Below, piece after piece: positions 52,649-64,000 of a DNA stretch of 64,000 nucleotides. Every line of letters begins with the position of its first letter. The stretch's first letter is position 1. The notes under the pieces were generated by a model. The model saw only the letters and a program-made list of their open reading frames with translations, did no database searches and was not told where the DNA came from. The DNA is from Toensbergia leucococca (Eukaryota): contig JALDZS010000002.1 in NCBI GenBank assembly GCA_022813965.1, forward strand, positions 62,001-126,000. The letters run 5' to 3'. The position numbers and the translations under genes were made by a program.

Positions 52649-55262
52649 ATGGATCCCAACGGTCGTCCTCATTTGAATTTCAATGGGGGAGGATACAACA
52701 ATGATCGCAATTACCAGTCTTCGAACGAGCGTGTCTTTCCAACAACCCCCTCGACTTTCCCACAACCAATCTTTCAGAACCAAAACTCTCAGACGCCCAA
52801 TGACTATGTTAGAGCTCAGCTTCAGAGTCCTACCGCCTATGGAGGAGGCGGTGGCGGATACTTCATGAACAATCCCTACCAGCCTCAATATAGCCAACAA
52901 CAGCAGGCACACTACCAAAATCCTTATCCGCAGCAACATGTTTCGAGTCCTCAGCCATCTTACCAGCAACAGCACCAAGGTGGATTCGTGACCAATGATC
53001 CAAATTCGGGTCTTGCCCGTCAGTTTTCTAATCAGAACCTTGGAAGTGCCCAACGTCAAGGAAGCCCATTTGGTCGTCAGCCATCTCCAAGCCAGCGACC
53101 TCGTACCGCAGGTGCAACTGCGCAGCAAAACAATAACAATCATTTGGCACCTCCAGTTCCCAGTCAGAGCACTCAGACATTAAGTGTTAACAGTGACGAA
53201 CCCCCTGAGAAAAACATAGAGAAATATTCCCCCAATGTCGCAAAGCGTGGACAAGGACTTCACGCCTTGGTGCAGTCTTTCTTTACGGATCATATAAGCC
53301 GTGCCCGGGACCGCAACCTTCGGTAAGAATGTCCTCCAGCTGAAGCACTCGCGGATTACCTACTTGACCTATTCTGCCAAATCCGTGATTGAAAACTTCG
53401 GCTGATTAAAGTAACCAACATACAGTGCCAAGGAGCTTGAAGATAAATGTAAGAATCCAAGAATATCAGAGGTTGATAAAAAGAATGAGCGTGAGCATAT
53501 GTGGAAGGCAGAAGCCCAGTATCTCCGTTTTCTACGTACAAAGGAGACCAATCAAAACTTCAGCACAATGAAAGTCATTGGCAAGGGAGCTTTTGGAGAA
53601 GTAAAGCTTGTGCAACGTAAATCGGACGGCAAGATATATGCCATGAAGTCTTTGGTTAAGACGGAGATGTTCAAGAAAGACCAGTTGGCCCACGTACGTG
53701 CAGAGCGTGATATCCTGGTAGAATCCGATAGCCCTTGGGTCGTCAAGCTGTATACCACCTTCCAAGACTCAACATTTCTTTACATGCTGATGGAATATCT
53801 CCCTGGTGGAGATTTAATGACAATGCTCATCAAGTATGAGATCTTCTCCGAGGATATAACGAGATTTTACATGGCGGAGCTTGTCATGGCGATTGAGGCC
53901 GTGCATAAGCTGGGCTATGTCCACCGGTACGTTCCGAATTCTCGTTAGGGTTTGTTTGATATGTCAATCCTTGTGTTTTTCGTTCTAGATTTTGCATGGC
54001 ACCTGGTCGTGTAAAGACTGGACCACTGCGTTCATTTCAATTCTTCAAGCTCGTCAGCATTATTGAGCTTCTTGGACGAAATCATCACGTTCATATCCAG
54101 GGGATGCTCACGTGTTCCCCGTCTCTGACTGAGACGCTGCAAGTCTTTCTTCATTCAGTAAATATCCAGGTCCACGTGGGTGATGTTATTCGGTGAAAAG
54201 ACTTGAAGTGTGTATTCGTCGAATGTCTTGTGCCGAAAAATTCAACCTTACAGTCCTCGGCGGTCTATGCCCAAACCGGGCGTTGACGTTACGGGGATGG
54301 TTTACTGTGTTTTGCATCTGTATTTCCAACGGAAATGTGCTGAAGCTAGATTTGATACTTGTGTTTATCTGTGATACTCTCATACTGACTATCCTATCAG
54401 TGACATCAAGCCCGACAACGTCCTTCTGGACCGCCTCGGACATCTTAAGCTTACAGATTTCGGACTCTCTACAGGTTTCCATCCCCAGCACGACAACACC
54501 TATTACCAGCAGCTACTCAAAGGCCCTTCAAGCAAGACCCGCGACCGCAACTCGATCGCCTTGGACCAGATCAATCTCACAGTCAGCAACCGTAGCCAGA
54601 TCAACACCTGGCGCAAATCGCGTCGTATTATGGCCTACTCCACGGTCGGGACCCCAGATTACATCGCTCCCGAAATTTTCAACGGCAAGGGCTATACTTT
54701 CAGCTGCGACTGGTGGTCCGTTGGGGCTATCATGTTCGAATGCCTCATCGGTTGGCCTCCGTTTTGTGCAGAGGACTCCCACGATACGTATCGCAAAATT
54801 GTTGACTGGCGCAACACCCTCTACTTCCCCGACGATATCAGTCTCGGCGAGGAAGCAGAACATCTCATCCGAAGGTAAGTCACAACCCCATCCCCAACGC
54901 CTCCCTGAGCCGCTCCCACTCAGCTTCCAACTAGCCTTCTCTGCGACATCCCCCAACGTCTCGGCAGCGAATCAGGTGCCCTCGGCGGCAGTGACATAAA
55001 ATCGCACCCCTTCTTCCAAGGCGTCGTCTGGGACAGCCTTCGCCGGATTCGTGCGCCCTTCGAGCCACGTCTTAACTCGAACGTCGACTTCTCCTACTTT
55101 CCCACGGACGAAATCGACCAGGCTGATCACTCGGCTAGTTATCGCGCCCAAATTGATGCATTAGGCGAGGAGCATGGTGCAGAGATGAGCTTGCCATTTA
55201 TTGGGTATACTTATAAGCGATTCGATACGTTTCGGGGAGCGCCGGGTGGTCAGTACTCTTAG
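52649..55262 (+). CDS. COT1: NDR-family Ser/Thr kinase (COT1/Cbk1/Orb6)
   Basis: Q/N-rich N-terminus, [45 protein letters not shown] and FIGYTYKRF. Three introns: about 53323-53425, 53927-54400 and about 54875-54934. Confidence 0.96.
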
Positions 55263-55634
55263 GAGGGAGAGGAGGCTGATGTTGACATGAGAAGTGGATG
55301 CTAGTTGCATTTGCATCGGAGAGGCTGCTGGGCACGTCTTCTCTCGTTGTGTTGCATTTTCCTCGGGGCGTACGCCGGTGCATGTCACAACAGTCTTATT
55401 CTCACAGACACAAACACAGGAGCAACACAGGCGCATCTCCTTTTCATCATCTACTTGTGTATCTGGCGGTTGCATGTCGTGGTCATTGCGCGGTAACTCG
55501 GACAGGGGGCGGACAATTTTAGAGATGTCCAGGCTACCCTAGCATAGCAATTCAAAAGGCTGGATTTTCAAAAGAACTTTGTAGGTCTTTTTGCTGGTAG
55601 TCATTACCATATTACACGCTGCTTTTTGCGTTCA

Positions 55635-57652
55635 TCAATTTCCTATCCCCTGTCGCATCTCCACCCTCACTCTAGCCACGCGTCCCTCGATCCAGAAGCC
55701 CACTTCCCTCGTGCTATCCACAAGCTCCACTTCCCTCCGCACCCATTTTCCACTTTGTCTCTCGCCCTGCCCCCCCATCTCCCCACCAGCTCCACTCTCC
55801 TCCACCTCTGCCATCTCCCCTCCGCTCTCATCATCATCCTCATCCTCGCTGCAACTCCAGCCCTCATCGTCTCCTGCTCCCCCAACAGGATCCCACTCCC
55901 CCGTCTCCAGAACCAACCGGCACCCCAACGGCCTCACGCCGAACAAGCGCCCCACGATCCCTTTGATCCGGTACACATCCACCGTCCGCGGGATCTCCAT
56001 CCGTTTCTCCTCCCGCGCTTCGTCCCCGCCATCTGGCCCCGCGGCGGCGGCGAGATAGAACGTGAATTCTACCAGGCGCGCCGCAAGCGTGTTCGCTTCC
56101 ACGCGGCCTTTGTTGCTGGTTTGGCCTTTGTCTTCTTGGGGTCGGGTGATGGTTGGTGGGCCGTGGAGAGCGCAGAGGGCGGGGTAGCGGGGGTGGTGGG
56201 ATAGGAGGAGGGATTCTTGGGATTGCGGGCTGGTGGAGAGGAGGAGGGCGATTTGGGAGAGGTAGTAGAGTTCTGCGTTTTGGCGGGTTGGGGCGGGGAT
56301 GGGGGTGTGGTTTAGGGAGGTTAGGGTTGGGATGCGGGCGATTGTTAGGAGGGTTGTTGGGGGGAGGGTTTGGGGGTGAATGGGAGGATGCGCAAAGAGG
56401 GGGTTTTGGGAGGTTAGGAGGGAGAGCAGGCGTGGGAAGTGGGTTGGCAGGGTGGTGATGGGGGCCCAGGTTTCTAGGGCGTTGGAGGAGAGATCGAGGG
56501 TTTGGAGGTGGGGGAATATGAGGGGGGGGGTGGTGGAGGTAGTAGTGAGATGGACGGTTGATATGAGATTTGAGCGGAGGGAGAGGGTTTTCAAGTGTGG
56601 GAGATCGGTTATGGGGGTGAGGTTGGCGAAGGAGCTGAGGGCGTTGGAGGAGAGGGTTAGGTTTGTTAGGGCTGGGAGGAGGAGGGGGGACGTGATGGAT
56701 GTGAGGTTGTTAGACGAGGCGGAGAGAGTTGTAAGATTGGGGAAGGAGGTTGTGAGGGTGACGATCTGGGAGGGGTGTTAGCTGTGTAGGCGTTAGTGAT
56801 TACATGGGCGTGTGCTTACTTCGTCCCACGAGAGCAGTGTGTCGTCTAGGCCTAATTCTTTTACCCCTTTGAATACGTCATGGACTTGGGACTTGTCGAA
56901 CTCTGGAGGACACAGGTCCTTGAATCTATTACCGCTGTTTGGGAGAAGTATAAGCCTTGATTCTACTCAGATCAAGTAGGGATTGAAACATACTTGACCT
57001 TCAAGCGTCTCAAGCATTTAAGGGCGCCGCAAATGCCAACTACATCCGCCCACTGCTCCAAGAGGTTTCTGCTGATATCGAGCTCAACAATTTTAAGGTG
57101 TCTTTCCTCAATCGGACTCGAGAGCTCCCTCAAAGGCGTCTGAGAATCTACCCAAGGTCGAGCTTGAACACCAGCAATGCAAAGTCCATCGAGCAATACA
57201 ATCCGAAGTTCGTGAAGGGAAGCTAATTGCTGCCGGATTTTCTCAAATCCGACTTCCTCGACTATCTTCCCGCTTATCTCAATATCAACTTCAGGCACAA
57301 GTTCGGTCGTTGCATCCGGAGCATATTTTTTGCGGAAGGCTTCAAGGAAACTCAGCGGCTGGTCGATAGGTCTGGTGGGGCGGATGAAGGAGCCGGCTGT
57401 GGGGTGTTTGCTTTGACCTGGCTGATATATATGAGTCCTTCCAATCGCCAGGATGAAATGGTGGCTGAGTAGCTACCTACAATCAAAATATTTGACCCCC
57501 TGGTGGTCTCCGGCGTGTCTGCCCCTGCCCGGATCGTCCCATTCTACCCCAAGCCAGGTTCCTTTGGTACCTTGGACTTGGCCGATGTATCTTACTGAGC
57601 ATGGTGCACCGGAGTAAGACAGGCGATGGCCTATATAGACATCTTCAGGCAT
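55635..57652 (-). CDS. PAC2: Tubulin-specific chaperone E (CAP-Gly, LRR and ubiquitin-like domains)
   Basis: VRYIGQVQGTKGTWLGVEWDDPGRGRHAG, EEVGFEKIR, LRR units (LDLSSNAL) and RQNAELYYL. Confidence 0.88.
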
Positions 57653-57932
57653 TGTGGGCAGTTGTTTGCATATCTTGAACTCCGAAACCAATTGGGAAGC
57701 CCTGAGCCGACAATAACCGCAAGCTCAGCCTTACATTGGGTCTGTTTATTCTATAATAGCTTTAACGATTCTCCGTTTCCGGACGATACATCCTCGAGTT
57801 AAGCCCAGTCACGACATCTCCCACTCGTCTACGGATACTTCGTAGGCTCACTGAGTAAAACAACCATTTAGTGATACGCTAGAAGGACTTGGTCGAAATT
57901 ACTTGGAATTCCAAGCTGCTCAGTCTTTGATC

Positions 57933-58709
57933 ATGGATTATCAGGTATGCAAATATTTTGTGCTCCTTTCACAAATTACAAGCTGATTTTCATACGCTTC
58001 CTAGAACCGTGCTGGCAGTAAATTTGGCGGCGGAGGTGTTGCCTCATACTCAAGTACAAATGCAGACCGAAGAGAACGATTACGAAAGCTCGCTCTCGAA
58101 AGCATCGACCTTGACAAAGACCCTTACTTCTTCAAGAACCATGTCGGGTCCTTTGAATGCCGATTATGCCTCACAGTTCATCAAAACGATGGGTCGTATC
58201 TCGCGCATACGCAAGGCCGGAAGCACCAAACCAACCTTGCCCGCCGGGCAGCAAGAGAGCAGAAGGAAGGCAGAGCTCAGGATGCAAATATGCTGGGTGT
58301 GAACATGGGCGTGCCTGTTCGGAGAAATATGGTAAAAATTGGAAGGCCTGGCTATCAAATTAAGAAGACTAGAGATCCTCTGACGAGGCAACACGGACTG
58401 CTATTCCAGCTTCAATACCCAGAAATCACGCCGGGAGTTCTTCCACGAGTGCGGTTCATGTCAGCCTTCGAACAAAAGATCGATGACCCACCAGACAAGA
58501 ATTACCAGTATTTGCTTGTGGCGGCGGAGCCCTACGAAACCTGTGGATTCAAGTTGCAAGCTAGGGAGGTGGACAGGAGAGAAGGTCGGTTTTGGACTTG
58601 GTTTGATGAGGATAGCAAGGAATTCTGGGTACAAGTGCTTTTCAAGACGGAAAGAGAAGAGAGATATAGTGGTGTACCAGGTCTCGCACCTAGTGCACCA
58701 CGGCGATAG
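57933..58709 (+). CDS. PRP11: Splicing factor 3A subunit 2 (SAP62)
   Basis: MDYQ|NRAGSKFGGGG...ECRLCLTVHQNDGSYLAHTQGRKHQTNL...KIGRPGY...RFMSAFEQ. Confidence 0.95.
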
Positions 58710-59016
58710 GCTCTACTGTGCGCTGTATTCGCTTCTTGTAAATATATTGTGATACAGTCGTCCTCTAATCTTGAAATTTACTTTACGCCTGGTAGACTTA
58801 AGTCTACTTAGGATCATTCATTCTACATGATAAGCATAGCCTGGCATCTAGAAAGGAGGTTCACGTCGTCCATGAGAAACGCGATAGTCTGACAGCAAGC
58901 CGAGGACGTACTATCCTCTAGTGTCCATTTGCTATTCGTCAGCCTGGAATATATGATGTGAACCCGAGGGTTCTTCTGATACAACACCAAACGCCTGATT
59001 CAATGCTTGATACGAT

Positions 59017-59496
59017 TCATTTGGAAGCCTTGACGTCTTTTTGACTGCTCTCGTCAAATAAGTCCCCAAATTCTCCTGTGCCATACGCATTAGCACTTAA
59101 ATGTCCCGGCTCCCAGAATATACAAGGATTCGCACGTAAACTAAAGTTCTTATCCACAAGCAGCTCCTCCGCCCTCTGATACTCTTCTCTCGCCTTCTTG
59201 TTGTTCCAGGCGTAGCCAGGCTCCTCCTCGGCCTCAACGAGTGTCCTAGAGCTTCTCGAGCTCGTAATCATCGGCTCCCGTGCTGAGCTACTGTTCATTG
59301 GGTCCTGAGCCTGTGTGAGGTCCATAAAATCATCTTGAAGTGCTCGTCCATCTTCACCTTGGGGGTCTTGTGATGTTGGTGGCGAGAGCTCAGATATGCT
59401 AAAATGGGAGAGATTGGGGTCGTTCTGTGGGGTTGGCGGGTCTGTAGCTGATGGAAACATTGAGTCTATCTCATCTTCCTCTGAAGAAGAGCGCAT
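59017..59496 (-). CDS. Hypothetical acidic fungal protein
   Basis: ELSPPTSQ...EPGYAWNNKKAREEYQRA...DKNFSL|REFGDLFDE. Probable intron at about 59135-59076. Confidence 0.6.
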   Translation of the reverse strand: MRSSSEEDEIDSMFPSATDPPTPQNDPNLSHFSISELSPPTSQDPQGEDGRALQDDFMDLTQAQDPMNSSSAREPMITSSRSSRTLVEAEEEPGYAWNNKKAREEYQRAEELLVDKNFSLRANPCIFWEPGHLSANAYGTGEFGDLFDESSQKDVKASK

Positions 59497-59935
59497 CTGG
59501 GAATCTCCGTCGGCGTCTGGCCAGGATCAGTGTTTTTTTCCTGTATCCGTACCATGCATCTAGAGGTGACAGCTTACCTGACATCCCTTTTAGGCTTTCG
59601 GAAACACCTGGAGTTGAAGCGAGGTTGATGTGATTGAGGGGCACAGCTCCAGGACAGCTGGTTCTTGCCTAGACTGGTTATGCTACAAAGCGTGCGTAAC
59701 TAACAAATGTTTTTCAAAGATCACGATTTAATATAGATCCCTGCCTTTACCCCACATCGATGCAGCCCTATGTGTGATGCAATTGCTAATTCCGGTCTCT
59801 AATCAATTTGCGATCTGTGAAACCCAACGATCTTCCATTTAGGAACTTGACACTCCTTTCACCTTCTCTCCATCTCATAGTGATAGCCAACCCTACATCA
59901 CAACCGGCCATACCGAGTCTTTACGTAGGCCTGTG

Positions 59936-60824
59936 ATGAGCACGAGGGGAAGTGTCCCTGATGCATGGGACGACGACTGGGTATCCAAGGCAGATGTGAG
60001 TTGATTATCAATACTCTGGAACTGAATCATGGCTAAAGTGGTCTCTTTCTCAGTCATCTGGACCTGTAGCAGGTACCAGTCAAGGTGCGACAAAGAAGGT
60101 TTCCCAGGCAGAACGACGTGCGAAGCAGGCCGAGCTGAACAGGCAATTGTGGGAAGAAGCGTACATGTGCCTCTTAACCTAGTCAGAAGATATCTAAAAT
60201 ATGGCTTATAGGGAAGCACCAAAAAACACATACTTCATCGATACTCGAAATGAAGTCCCGCTCAAAAGCGATTTCAAGCCTGCTATGAAGGTCTTGAGTC
60301 GCAAGCCAGCACCTAAAGTTGTCGCTCGTACGGATCCGTCGTCTGGGCTAGAGCAGCTTACACTTGAGGAGGACGAAGACGACGAGAGTGATACTAAGAA
60401 GGGTACATTGACTATGGAGGAGCGGCAGCAGAAAGCTCAACGCGAGAGGGAAGAAAAACAGAAGAAGTATGAAGAGGTCCGGGAAAGGCTATTTGGCGGA
60501 TCAGATAAAGCCTCTGGCACCAGTTCTCCAGGCACGAGGACCCCACCAGTTGCCGTAGTGGCAGCAGATGCCAGGACTCAGAATAGGGCCAAGGTCGAAA
60601 GAGATAGCCGACCATCATCAGCAGCAGGCAGCAAGACTAGACAGCTCTATGATCCAAATCACACTGCTAAGCCGGATTCTGTTCACATACAGAAGAAAGA
60701 GACTCATGTATCAGAGTCCGGGCGTTCCACGCCTGCCGAAGAGCCGATTAGAAGTCCAAGGGGACCAGATGGTAGTGGAAGAGGAGGGTTCGGATTCTCT
60801 CCTCGGGGTGGTAGAGTGACTTAA
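59936..60824 (+). CDS. SUZ-domain protein (SZRD1-like)
   Basis: VPDAWDDDW, MKVLSRKP, REEKQKKYEEVRERLFG and the SUZ-C-like IRSPRGPDGSGRGGFGF. Two introns. Confidence 0.8.
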
Positions 60825-61541
60825 GGAACACATCATACACCCAGATATATCAAAATTCACACGAAGTTACACAGTGACGAGCCGAAAATCCACTACAATT
60901 CAACGCCAAGGCATCCGTGAAAGAAGGCGAGGTAACCCTTAGTTTTCGAGCAGCACATGATTTGGTAGATCAAACATGGCCACGTGAGACACTACTAGAA
61001 TCGCAGCTGCCGTCAGGAATGGTGTTACGAGTACAATTTATGTGCGAGAGCCAAGGCGATTGAGCTCCTGGCTAATTCGAAGCATGCAACATCAAACACT
61101 CAATAAGCTACTCGGCGCTCTGGAGAGTCTATCTTAGATGTGCCAAGCCATCAAGACCTCGTCTTTGCGATTCTCTCTTTGATACTACGTCCGCCGCTTG
61201 CGACTAAAATTTCAATCGGACCAAGCTGTCTTATCCTCGCATATCGACGCTGTAGAAAAAGTCGTGAAGCTCCTTGGGTTATTCATTTCTGACTTCTGGT
61301 ACAAAACAAGCACAGTCTATGCTAGTCTTGAGCCTCCAATGGGCTTTGTCTAGTAGGAATGCAGTCATATCATAAATCGCGTTGGAATGCTCAACAGTAA
61401 ACAAGTACACCGCTGCTTAAAAGAAACAACAATTCGTCAGTCTTGAGTCTTCACCCTTTTTTCGACCAGCCTGATTCGAATGACTAGTATAGCATCCATT
61501 CACTCATAACATTTACAATAACGCCATCAACAACGGCCGCC

Positions 61542-62318
61542 ATGACTCTCTTCACTCTTTCCTCGCTAGCAGCATTCGCTATTCCAGTCCTTGCGAATCC
61601 TGTGGCACAACTCGGTCTCCCTGCGCCTTCCCTCGGCGCTGTCATTCCTTCCTTACCTCTGCCAACGAGCGCATTACTCAGCTCGATAGGAGGAGCCGTA
61701 CCCGGAATCCCAACCGGTGGAGCCGCCTCTCTCCCCTCAGTAGCAGTGCCCTCTCTGCCCACCAGCGTCATTCCCTCCATTCCCGTCGGCGGGAGTGGTC
61801 TTCCCATAGGCATAAATCCTTTAGCTCCCGTCATTGCCGGCGGCCTTCCAACATCCGGTATAGTCCTTCCAATTCCTGCAACTTCCGGCCTTGTTCCTTC
61901 CCTTCCCATTGCCGGAGGTGGACTCCCAACATCTGGCCTCCCCTCCATCCCCCTCACCACCGGTCTCCCTGGCGTCGGCGCTGGTCTCACAATCCCGAAC
62001 CCCACCAACCTCCCATCAACCGGCGCCCTGACCGGCTCCCTCCCCATCCCGGCGGCCATCCTCAAGAATCTCTCTTCTGCCATCCAGATCCTGAGCCTCG
62101 TCACCACTCTCATCCAACAAGTCCTTGGTGCCGTGCCCTCGAGCGCAAACGTCGGGGGCGTCAGCGCGGTGGCTGGTGGTGATGCCGTGTCGGAGCTTCT
62201 CGGGGTACTTGGGGGGATCGAAAAGAGGGATGGGGAGGATGTGCTGGCGAAGTTTCGAGAGGCGGTACAGAGTTTGAATGAGTTGAAGGAGCAGCAGAAG
62301 GAGGGGAAGGGGGAGTAA
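61542..62318 (+). CDS. Secreted low-complexity Pro/Gly/Leu/Ser/Thr-rich protein
   Basis: Signal peptide MTLFTLSSLAAFAIPVLA, repeated (G)LP/IP units and a single KR before a charged tail. Confidence 0.75.
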   Translation: MTLFTLSSLAAFAIPVLANPVAQLGLPAPSLGAVIPSLPLPTSALLSSIGGAVPGIPTGGAASLPSVAVPSLPTSVIPSIPVGGSGLPIGINPLAPVIAGGLPTSGIVLPIPATSGLVPSLPIAGGGLPTSGLPSIPLTTGLPGVGAGLTIPNPTNLPSTGALTGSLPIPAAILKNLSSAIQILSLVTTLIQQVLGAVPSSANVGGVSAVAGGDAVSELLGVLGGIEKRDGEDVLAKFREAVQSLNELKEQQKEGKGE

Positions 62319-62718
62319 GGGAGGGGTTGGTGGTTGTGAGATTAGATGTGGTAAGAGTGGGAGTCGTGTTTTTTGGAGACATTGAAAAGTGGACTTGATA
62401 TTGGGTGGAGTGGCATGGAATGGGTATGGCTTGCTTTCCCGAGCGGTTGGCTTTCCTGTTGAGGGCGAGTTTTGTTCTTTTCTTGGTGGTTTTGGTAATG
62501 GACGAGGTTTGAAAAAGTGGTTCTAGCATTTTTATAGACGAGATGGGCTGTGCCTGATCCTTCGCTCTTTCAATTCATCGATGATTCCAAAAAACACTTG
62601 ACACTTGATTTTGTTTTATTTGATGCAATCGAGTATATACAAACCTCATCTATCATCATCCCACCCATCCAAATCCGCCATCCCAATAACAAAACACATA
62701 TCATACTCAACTCCAGAA

Positions 62719-64000
62719 TTACCACCCGCCCCCAATCTTCCCCGCAAGCTCCACCACCCTCTCCATCCCACCCCCCTCCCTCCCCACCGAACTCTCCACC
62801 TCCCGGAAACTGGTAAAGACCAGTTTCCGCACCTCGATGCCCGTGGACGCTGCCCAATGATCTAGGATTCCACGCACATAGGATGGAGAAATGCCATCGA
62901 TGAGGTGTTCGGGTGTTCGGGTTTCCGAGAGCATGTTGACATCGGTGTGGTTGTTCATGGTAGTGTCTTCGTTATCATCCTGCTGGTCGTCGTCGTCTTC
63001 GTCGTCGGGGTCCGACATGGAGAAATAAGCTTCGTCGACTTTGGCTAACCATTCCTTTTGGCATTGCGCGACTGTTTGCTTTCCGTTCAAGCCGCCTATA
63101 TCTTCGACTTTGATCTGGCCCCCTCCGTTGGTGCAGCCGCCGGGGCAGGCCATAACTTCCACGTAAGCGAAGTCGGCGCCACTCTTGCCCGCTGCTGGAG
63201 CGGCAGCTCTGGCGCTTCTCGTGCCACCGGGCAATCTACTTTTTTTTGTCGGTTTGAGTTTGCGGACCAGGTTTTGGATGTTACGGAAGCCGTAGTAACG
63301 GGCCGCTTTGAATATTTCGGCATTGTTGTGCTCGAGGATGTATTCCATGACGTCGGGGTTGCGACCGCGGGTGGTGTGGATGGTGCTACCTGGGTGAAGC
63401 GATTGCTGGGTTAGAAGGAGGTGATGCAGGTAGCCACCTGAAGAGCCGGCTGGCAGGGATGAGGTGCGCTTTCTTCGCATGGGAGGGAAGAGAAAAGTAT
63501 TTAGTTTGGGATCGGGGAAGGGGATACGAGTGGATTGGGAGAGGGGCCGGCGGGGTAGAGATGGAAAACTGATGCCTCGGGTTTCAGCTAGCATGAGGAG
63601 TTCGCGGGCGGTGATGACACAGTCGACGTCCCGGACTGAAGGTCTGGTTTTCGTGGGCGAGGTTTCGTGCCAGTAGACATCTGTCAGTTCTTCTCGGGAG
63701 GCTTCGAGTTTCTTGTCGAAGCAGGGCATTATGGCGACGTGCCAGATTCGATCTGGAGGTATGTGGAGGCGTTCACTAAGAACAGTCTTGAGGAGAGTAC
63801 CGGTGAGGGCTTGTGGTGATTTGAGACGGGAGAGATGGGGGAGGATGTGCGGGTGCGTCTTTTCGGCATAGCATATCCAGCCTGGGCAAGCGGAAGTAAG
63901 AATAGGCTTTTTGGGCTTCGTTGCTGAGGCTCCTTCGTGGCTTATAGGTTCTTGGACGTCATAGATTGAGAGGGAGTCCATCACCTCGTCGGCACCGACG
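62719..64000 (-). CDS. NAR1: Cytosolic Fe-S cluster assembly factor Nar1 (5' end outside the window)
   Basis: LTSACPGWICYAEK, IMPCFDKKLEASR, YGFRNIQNLV and VEVMACPGGCTNGGGQ. Confidence 0.95.
   Translation of the reverse strand, partial: VGADEVMDSLSIYDVQEPISHEGASATKPKKPILTSACPGWICYAEKTHPHILPHLSRLKSPQALTGTLLKTVLSERLHIPPDRIWHVAIMPCFDKKLEASREELTDVYWHETSPTKTRPSVRDVDCVITARELLMLAETRGISFPSLPRRPLSQSTRIPFPDPKLNTFLFPPMRRKRTSSLPAGSSGGYLHHLLLTQQSLHPGSTIHTTRGRNPDVMEYILEHNNAEIFKAARYYGFRNIQNLVRKLKPTKKSRLPGGTRSARAAAPAAGKSGADFAYVEVMACPGGCTNGGGQIKVEDIGGLNGKQTVAQCQKEWLAKVDEAYFSMSDPDDEDDDDQQDDNEDTTMNNHTDVNMLSETRTPEHLIDGISPSYVRGILDHWAASTGIEVRKLVFTSFREVESSVGREGGGMERVVELAGKIGGGW

Noticed and set aside
53944..53952. 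TTAGGGTT as a telomere seed or telomerase template
   Set aside because: A single short match is expected by chance, and no other telomerase RNA features are visible.
58792..58820. 16-bp palindrome gtagacttaagtctac and adjacent TAGGATCATT resembling U3 box A
   Set aside because: No other U3 boxes are recognisable, and a single short palindrome has no supporting context.

Overview
This is gene-dense eukaryotic DNA from a filamentous ascomycete (Pezizomycotina), with short spliceosomal introns and CTRAC branch sites. About 32 protein genes can be assembled by hand. Most are housekeeping: CKB1, TRP4, mitochondrial uL10, SAH1, GPN1/NPA3, CWF19, Fpg, MIX23, NAT1, TIM54, COT1/CBK1, TBCE, SF3A2 and NAR1. 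There is also an initiator tRNA-Met. The best leads are four. (1) A WRKY-GCM1/AFT-like C2H2 DNA-binding domain is spliced in frame to an omega-like glutathione transferase, and an in-frame ATG inside the fusion intron could also give a stand-alone GST. (2) A 474-nt intron in the COT1 kinase catalytic loop is packed with G-U-rich hairpins and is a candidate structured intronic RNA. (3) About 13 gene 3' halves show a recurrent switch from a C-rich block to a G-rich block. (4) A decaying accessory island at about 39.9-44.8 kb holds a Zn2Cys6 pseudogene, an SDR, a MITE-like fold-back and an NLR (NACHT N-terminal) relic. All calls come from manual reading and translation; no database search was run, and exon boundaries are my inference.
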